A stretch of DNA of 64,000 nucleotides, from positions 3,132 to 67,131 of the forward strand of contig JAUIAC010000001.1 in the NCBI GenBank assembly GCA_030425545.1, in the 5' to 3' direction. The notes under the pieces are model-generated. The model made no database searches. It saw only the letters and a program-made list of their open reading frames with translations, and was not told where the DNA came from. Made by a program: the position numbers and the translations under genes. This stretch comes from a bacterium. GTDB taxonomy: Bacteria > Myxococcota_A > UBA9042. This document shows, one piece after another, positions 59,602 to 64,000 of the stretch (positions are counted from its first letter, which is position 1; each line of letters starts with the position of its first letter).

Positions 59602-60186
59602 CTAGCGCCCCCAAGGCCACAAGATGCGCAGCCAGAGCGGCCTCGGCGGTCGCTTGGCCACGTCGTAGGCGGCCACGTCGGCGACATGGAGCGCCGTGTC
59701 GCTCTGGAGCACGGCCTGGGCCAGCCCGTCGAGCGGCCGCCCGAGGGAGATGGGCAGGACCGCCAGCTGAGGCGCGCGCACGCCCTTGTGGGTCCGCAGC
59801 GTGGTGTCGACCGCCGCCTTCACCTCCGCTGCCAGCGCGCTGAGCAGCGCCTCCGGGTCCACACCGCGGCGTAGGAACACGACGAGGACCTCGCTGGGCT
59901 CCTGCCCGGGAAAGGCGATCACCGGGACGCAAGCGAAGGCGATCTCATGGCGGGCCTGGACCACGTCCCTGAGCGCGAGCTCCACCGGCTCCGGCAAGGG
60001 GCGCTGCGGCGCTCCAACCTGAATCTCACTGCCCGCACCGATGGTGTTCTGCTGTCCCAAGGTCTCTCCTGTCCAAGCGCCGGGGTGAAGCGCCGTCGGC
60101 CCGCCCCTGAAGCGGCCGCCCCCGAACTGGCCGTCCAGCGGCGCACGACGAGCCCGAGCGAACGCACGCTGGCACGCGCTGTGCAC
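59602..60186 (-). CDS. hypothetical protein (start uncertain, probably downstream of 60186)
   Basis: High-GC3 frame. The C-terminal approximately 130 aa (...VIAFPGQEPSEVLVVFLRRGVDPEALLSALAAEVKAAVDT...) look protein-like. No motif recognised. Confidence 0.3.
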   Translation of the reverse strand: MHSACQRAFARARRAPLDGQFGGGRFRGGPTALHPGAWTGETLGQQNTIGAGSEIQVGAPQRPLPEPVELALRDVVQARHEIAFACVPVIAFPGQEPSEVLVVFLRRGVDPEALLSALAAEVKAAVDTTLRTHKGVRAPQLAVLPISLGRPLDGLAQAVLQSDTALHVADVAAYDVAKRPPRPLWLRILWPWGR

Positions 60187-60523
60187 CTCATCAGGCCCGG
60201 GCGGACCGTACAGGACCGCGTCTTTTCTCGCGAGAGTTCAAGGGTTCTCGCATGTTCACTGACCCACCATGCATCGCAGGGCACCCGCGCAGCATCCACC
60301 CGGTGTGGAGTAGCGACTGTCCAACCCGGGGGCGCTTTTCTTGCTCGCCCGAGGTCAGATGCTAGATCCGTTTGTGATCCTCGGCGCTTGCGACCGGGGT
60401 CACGAGACCCTCGGGCGGAGGCCTCGGGTGGAGCACGCGTGCTCCAACTCGCGCCTGCTCGCCGCGGGACCTCCAGCGCCAGCTGCGCACGAGAGCGGCG
60501 GGACAGTCAGAAGGAGAGAGCGA

Positions 60524-61843
60524 ATGCAGAGGCCGCTGCGCGTCGTCGACGTCAACAACTTCTTCTCCGCCACCGGCGGCGGCGTGCGCCGCTACCACCT
60601 GGAGAAGCTGCAGGCCCTCAGCGAAGATCCGAACCTCGAGTACCACGTCGTCGTTCCCAGCGACCGGACCGAGGTCGAGCGCTACGGCCGCGCGACGATC
60701 CACCACCTGCCTGCGACCAACGCCCTCGGCTCCGGCTACCGCTTCCTGGTCAACCCACTCCGTCTGCGGCGCCTGCTCAAGCGGATTCAGCCCGACGTCG
60801 TCGAGGTCGGGAGCCCCTACGTGCTGCCGGACATCGTGCGCTTCGCCGCGCGTGGGCTGGACTGTGCCATCGTCGGCTTCTGGCACGCCCACTACCCGGT
60901 CGCCTACGCCCATCGTCCGCTGTCGCGGCGCTCGCCCAAGCTGGCGAAGGCCGCAGAGCGCATGGCGTGGTGGTGGGCCCGTCGCACCTACGGGCGCTTT
61001 GACACGACGCTCGCAGCGGCAGACTGCGTGCGCTCGACCCTCGAGGCTGAGGGCGTCCCCGGCGTGAGCTACACGCCCCTGGGCGTGGACCTGGCGCTCT
61101 TCACCCCGACCCGCCGCGACACCGCGCTGCGGCGCACCTGGGGCGCCGGCGACCGCGACGTGGTCATGGCCTTTCCGCACCGACTCTGCGAGGAGAAGAA
61201 CCTCAGCGCGATGGTCGACGCCTACGAGATCGTCCGCGAAGCCCGCGGCGAGCGCGTGCTCCTGGTGGTCGCGGGACGCGGCCCCGACGAGGCGTTGGTG
61301 CAGGATCTGGCCGCCCGCTACCCAGGGGACGTGCACTACCTCGGGTACCTGCCGCGTCGCGAAGACATGGCGCGGCTGCTGGCCTCGGTCGACATCGTCG
61401 CGGCCCTGTCGCCGACGGAGACCTTCGGGCTGTCGGCCGCAGAGGCCATGGCTGCAGGCAACGCGTTGATCGGCAGCGAGGAGCTGTCCGTCGGCGAGAT
61501 GCTGCGGGAGTCCCGCGCCGGTGTGCCGGTGGCCGACGGCGACCCCCGAGCCATCGCCGAGGCGTGGTTGGAGCTCCTACAGCCGGGCCGGGCGCGGCTG
61601 CTCGGCGCGCGGGCGCACACCTTCGCGAACCGACACTTCTCCTGGGCGCGGACCTTCGAGCGGATCGTCGGTGTCTACGAGGCCACCACGCACCGTTCGC
61701 AGGCGGACGAGGTCGCGCCCGTGGCTGCCACGAGCGGCGGCTGGGGCGCCGGCGTCGCGCGGCTGCTCGCTGACGACGAGCAGAAAGGCGCGCGGCCGGA
61801 GCGTCGCACACGCAAAATTGGCGGCGGCAGGCGGTCGGCCTGA
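60524..61843 (+). CDS. glycosyltransferase family 4 (GT-B)
   Basis: ATG 60524 with AGGAGA RBS. ...LRVVDVNNFFSATGGGVRRY... N-terminal domain and C-terminal ...ETFGLSAAEAMAAGNALIGSEELSVGEML... GT4 motif. Confidence 0.8.
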   Translation: MQRPLRVVDVNNFFSATGGGVRRYHLEKLQALSEDPNLEYHVVVPSDRTEVERYGRATIHHLPATNALGSGYRFLVNPLRLRRLLKRIQPDVVEVGSPYVLPDIVRFAARGLDCAIVGFWHAHYPVAYAHRPLSRRSPKLAKAAERMAWWWARRTYGRFDTTLAAADCVRSTLEAEGVPGVSYTPLGVDLALFTPTRRDTALRRTWGAGDRDVVMAFPHRLCEEKNLSAMVDAYEIVREARGERVLLVVAGRGPDEALVQDLAARYPGDVHYLGYLPRREDMARLLASVDIVAALSPTETFGLSAAEAMAAGNALIGSEELSVGEMLRESRAGVPVADGDPRAIAEAWLELLQPGRARLLGARAHTFANRHFSWARTFERIVGVYEATTHRSQADEVAPVAATSGGWGAGVARLLADDEQKGARPERRTRKIGGGRRSA

Positions 61844-61970
61844 TGATGTCGGGAGTTGCGCGCGGCTGAAGACCGGTGTAGACCGGCGCGCTCGCAACGA
61901 CAGGAAGTCCCCAGCCTCTTGGGCGCGGACACAGAACAAGAGTGGACGAACTCGTCCCGATTAGGAGTGA

Positions 61971-62576
61971 ATGATGAAGAAGGCCAGCATCAAGCTGATC
62001 GCCCTGATGACCATCGCGATGATGGCCGTGGCATGTAGCAGCGACGAAGGCAACACCGGCAACACGGCGACCGACAGCGGCGCGTCGAGCGCCGACTCCA
62101 CAGGCGGCGGCTCGGACGCCACCACCGGCTCGGACGCCACCACCGGCTCCGACGCCACCACCGGCTCCGACGCGGGCGGCACCACGGACGCGGGCGGCGC
62201 GACGACCTCGTTCGGCAAGGGCTGCACCGCTGCCGACGACCAGGCCTTCAACAAGATGCTCTCGGACGACAGCAAGAAGGGCAGCGAGTTCACCGGCGTG
62301 GTGAAGGACTGCACGCTGACCAAGGGCTGCATGGCCAAGAGCGGCGACAAGGCGCAGCAGGACTGCATCCGTGACTGCATCCTCGACGCGCAGATCGCCA
62401 AGGACGGCAAGCTCAGCAGCGACTGCGGCGCATGCTACGGCACCTACAAGGGCTGGTGCGGCGCCAAGAAGTGCATCTCCAAGTGCGCGGTCGACGCCGG
62501 CAGCCAGGGCTGCCAGGACTGCCTCAAGGACAACTGCGACGGCGACTTCGCGCTGTGCCTCGCTGGCGACAAGTAG
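61971..62576 (+). CDS. small secreted Cys-rich lipoprotein with (TTGSDA)n linker
   Basis: AGGAG RBS. MMKKASIKLIALMTIAMMAVAC SSDEG gives the lipobox. Repeat linker TGSDATTGSDATTGSDA, then an approximately 120 aa module with about 16 Cys. Confidence 0.65.
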   Translation: MMKKASIKLIALMTIAMMAVACSSDEGNTGNTATDSGASSADSTGGGSDATTGSDATTGSDATTGSDAGGTTDAGGATTSFGKGCTAADDQAFNKMLSDDSKKGSEFTGVVKDCTLTKGCMAKSGDKAQQDCIRDCILDAQIAKDGKLSSDCGACYGTYKGWCGAKKCISKCAVDAGSQGCQDCLKDNCDGDFALCLAGDK

Positions 62577-62941
62577 CCCGCGCGAGCTGACGCCACGACG
62601 ACAGCTCGACAAGCAAGCGCGGCCGCCCCGGCGGACGTGAGACGGACGGGGAGGGTGCAGCGATGCGCCCTCCCCGCTCCGCTTTTTGGCCGAACCTGCC
62701 TACGGTTCCCCGTGATCACGAGCGCAGCACCAGCGTAATTTCAGGGAGTTTTGACGGACTCCGGCAGCGCGATGCAGCCAAGAAAAAGGCGTGTTGCAAG
62801 GTGTTGACACCCACATTCGGCTCACGCATTCTTCGCGTCCGCTCCAGGGGGCTGTGCGCCGCCGGAGCTCGTTCGACTGCCGCCGATGCAGGTGGCGAGA
62901 GGACGACACGCCCGTCATCGACGACGCGTCATCACACAAGC

Positions 62942-63014
62942 GCCCAGATAGCTCAGTCGGTAGAGCAGGGGATTGAAAATCCCCGTGTCGGCGGTTCGAT
63001 TCCGTCTCTGGGCA
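62942..63014 (+). tRNA. tRNA-Phe (anticodon GAA)
   Basis: GCCCAGA acceptor pairs with TCTGGGC. D-arm GCTCAGTCGGTAGAGC. Anticodon stem GGGGA/TCCCC with loop TT-GAA-AA. T-loop GGTTCGATTCC. Discriminator A. 73 nt, CCA not fully encoded. Confidence 0.9.
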
Positions 63015-63049
63015 CCTCCCAGCCTCGCGCTGGGTGGTTCGACATCAAA

Positions 63050-63125
<76 letters not shown>

Positions 63126-63386
63126 CCCTGTTTCGGCCACGCGTCGTCAGACGCAACGCCACCGCGGTGTCTGTCGGGTGTGCCCGCAGCCACCGACGCC
63201 TGCGCCGCCGTGCTCAAGCACACGTAGGCGGTCGACAGCCCTCCGCGCAGCGGACGCGCTCCAAGAGCGCACACAACAGGCCGACGCCCCTCGAAGAGGC
63301 CATTCGTACGAAGTTGCGAGTGGCCTTTTCTCGTTTGACCCGGCATCGGTCGCCAGTCGAGCGCTCGCCCAGCGCACGGAGTACCC

Positions 63387-64000
63387 ATGAGTCAGGTCCA
63401 GATCACCGCCAGCCTCCAAGACCTCGCGGCGGTCGAGCACCTGGTCGTCGTCGCGCGCAGCGCTGACCTGGCCAAGGGCTGGGCGACCGAGGGCCTCTCT
63501 GACCCCGTCCGTTCCTGGACCACACGCCTCGCGGAAGACGCGCGCCCCGGTCGGACAGGCGGCTCGGCGACGAGCTTGCTCCCCGACGGCGCCGGCCCGG
63601 GCAGGCTGAGCGTCATCGCGCTCGACGACACGGTCACCCACCACGTCAGTGACACCCGCTGCGAAGAGATCTGGTACCAGCTGAGGGGCATCGCCAGCAG
63701 CGCCAAGGGGCAGCTCGGCGTGCTGGTGGCGCTGGCCGACGCCGACCACGCGTTCGGCGCCACGCTCGGTGTCGCCCGCTCCTTCCCGCTCTACAACCGC
63801 AAGTCGAAGCCGTCGAAGCTCACCGGCGTCACGCTCGGCCTCCGCCACAGCGGCGGCCTGGTGCAGGACGTCGAGGCGCTCAAGGCCGCCGCGGACGCGA
63901 TCCAGCTGACGCAGCGCGTGGTCGACATGCCGCCCGCCGAGCTCGACACGGAGACCTTCGAGCAGGAGGCGCGGGACGCGGTCGCGTCCCTGGCCCACGT
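63387..64000 (+). CDS. probable M17 leucyl-aminopeptidase-family protein, N-terminal part (continues beyond window)
   Basis: ATG 63387. The frame is uninterrupted and high-GC3 to the window end. ...[22 protein letters not shown]... resembles the PepA linker preceding the catalytic domain (weak). Confidence 0.4.
   Translation, partial: MSQVQITASLQDLAAVEHLVVVARSADLAKGWATEGLSDPVRSWTTRLAEDARPGRTGGSATSLLPDGAGPGRLSVIALDDTVTHHVSDTRCEEIWYQLRGIASSAKGQLGVLVALADADHAFGATLGVARSFPLYNRKSKPSKLTGVTLGLRHSGGLVQDVEALKAAADAIQLTQRVVDMPPAELDTETFEQEARDAVASLAH

Noticed and set aside
62804-62832. TTGACA-N17-CATTCT candidate sigma70 promoter upstream of tRNA-Phe
   Set aside because: The -10 element is weak and it lies about 110 bp from the tRNA 5' end. 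Not supportable without transcript data.

Overview
This is a ~70% GC bacterial chromosomal segment. The gene content (giant Cys-rich repeat lipoproteins, many FHA-domain proteins, a PSCyt1-type cytochrome c domain, and many lipoproteins with Gly/Ser/Thr/Asp low-complexity linkers) suggests a myxobacterium (Myxococcota); that placement is inference. All calls are read by eye from the sequence and the ORF track; the long high-GC antisense ORFs are shadows and are listed under noticed_but_rejected. In order along the window:
- a partial TonB-dependent receptor, lgt, an M18 aminopeptidase and an OPT oligopeptide transporter;
- two tandem giant (about 2340 and 2180 aa) Cys-rich-repeat surface lipoprotein genes on the minus strand, with an AT-richer island between them;
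- a divergently transcribed lipoprotein that combines a Planctomycete-type cytochrome c (CxxCH) domain with a PHM/DBH-like copper monooxygenase domain;
- an NhaC-type antiporter, a START/SRPBCC protein, and a GT39-family membrane glycosyltransferase with a translationally coupled small ORF;
- an ATP synthase operon (b', b, delta, alpha, gamma, beta, epsilon, with no a or c genes nearby) followed tightly by two lipoprotein genes;
- a NUDIX gene, a tRNA-Sec (selC, anticodon UCA), and a four-gene double ABC-2 exporter operon;
- a small Cys-rich lipoprotein, a Pal/OmpA-like lipoprotein and a CpoB-like coiled-coil/TPR lipoprotein, then mnmG;
- an operon of FHA-domain proteins that includes an FHA-fused, catalytically degenerate CpaF/VirB11-like ATPase;
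- thiE and thiG;
- a polysaccharide cluster (GT4, Wzx flippase, Wzy/O-antigen ligase, GT4) with a ThiS-like gene overlapping the ligase stop codon;
- tRNA-Phe and tRNA-Ala, and a partial M17-like aminopeptidase gene at the window edge.
No CRISPR array, integrase or transposase was recognised.
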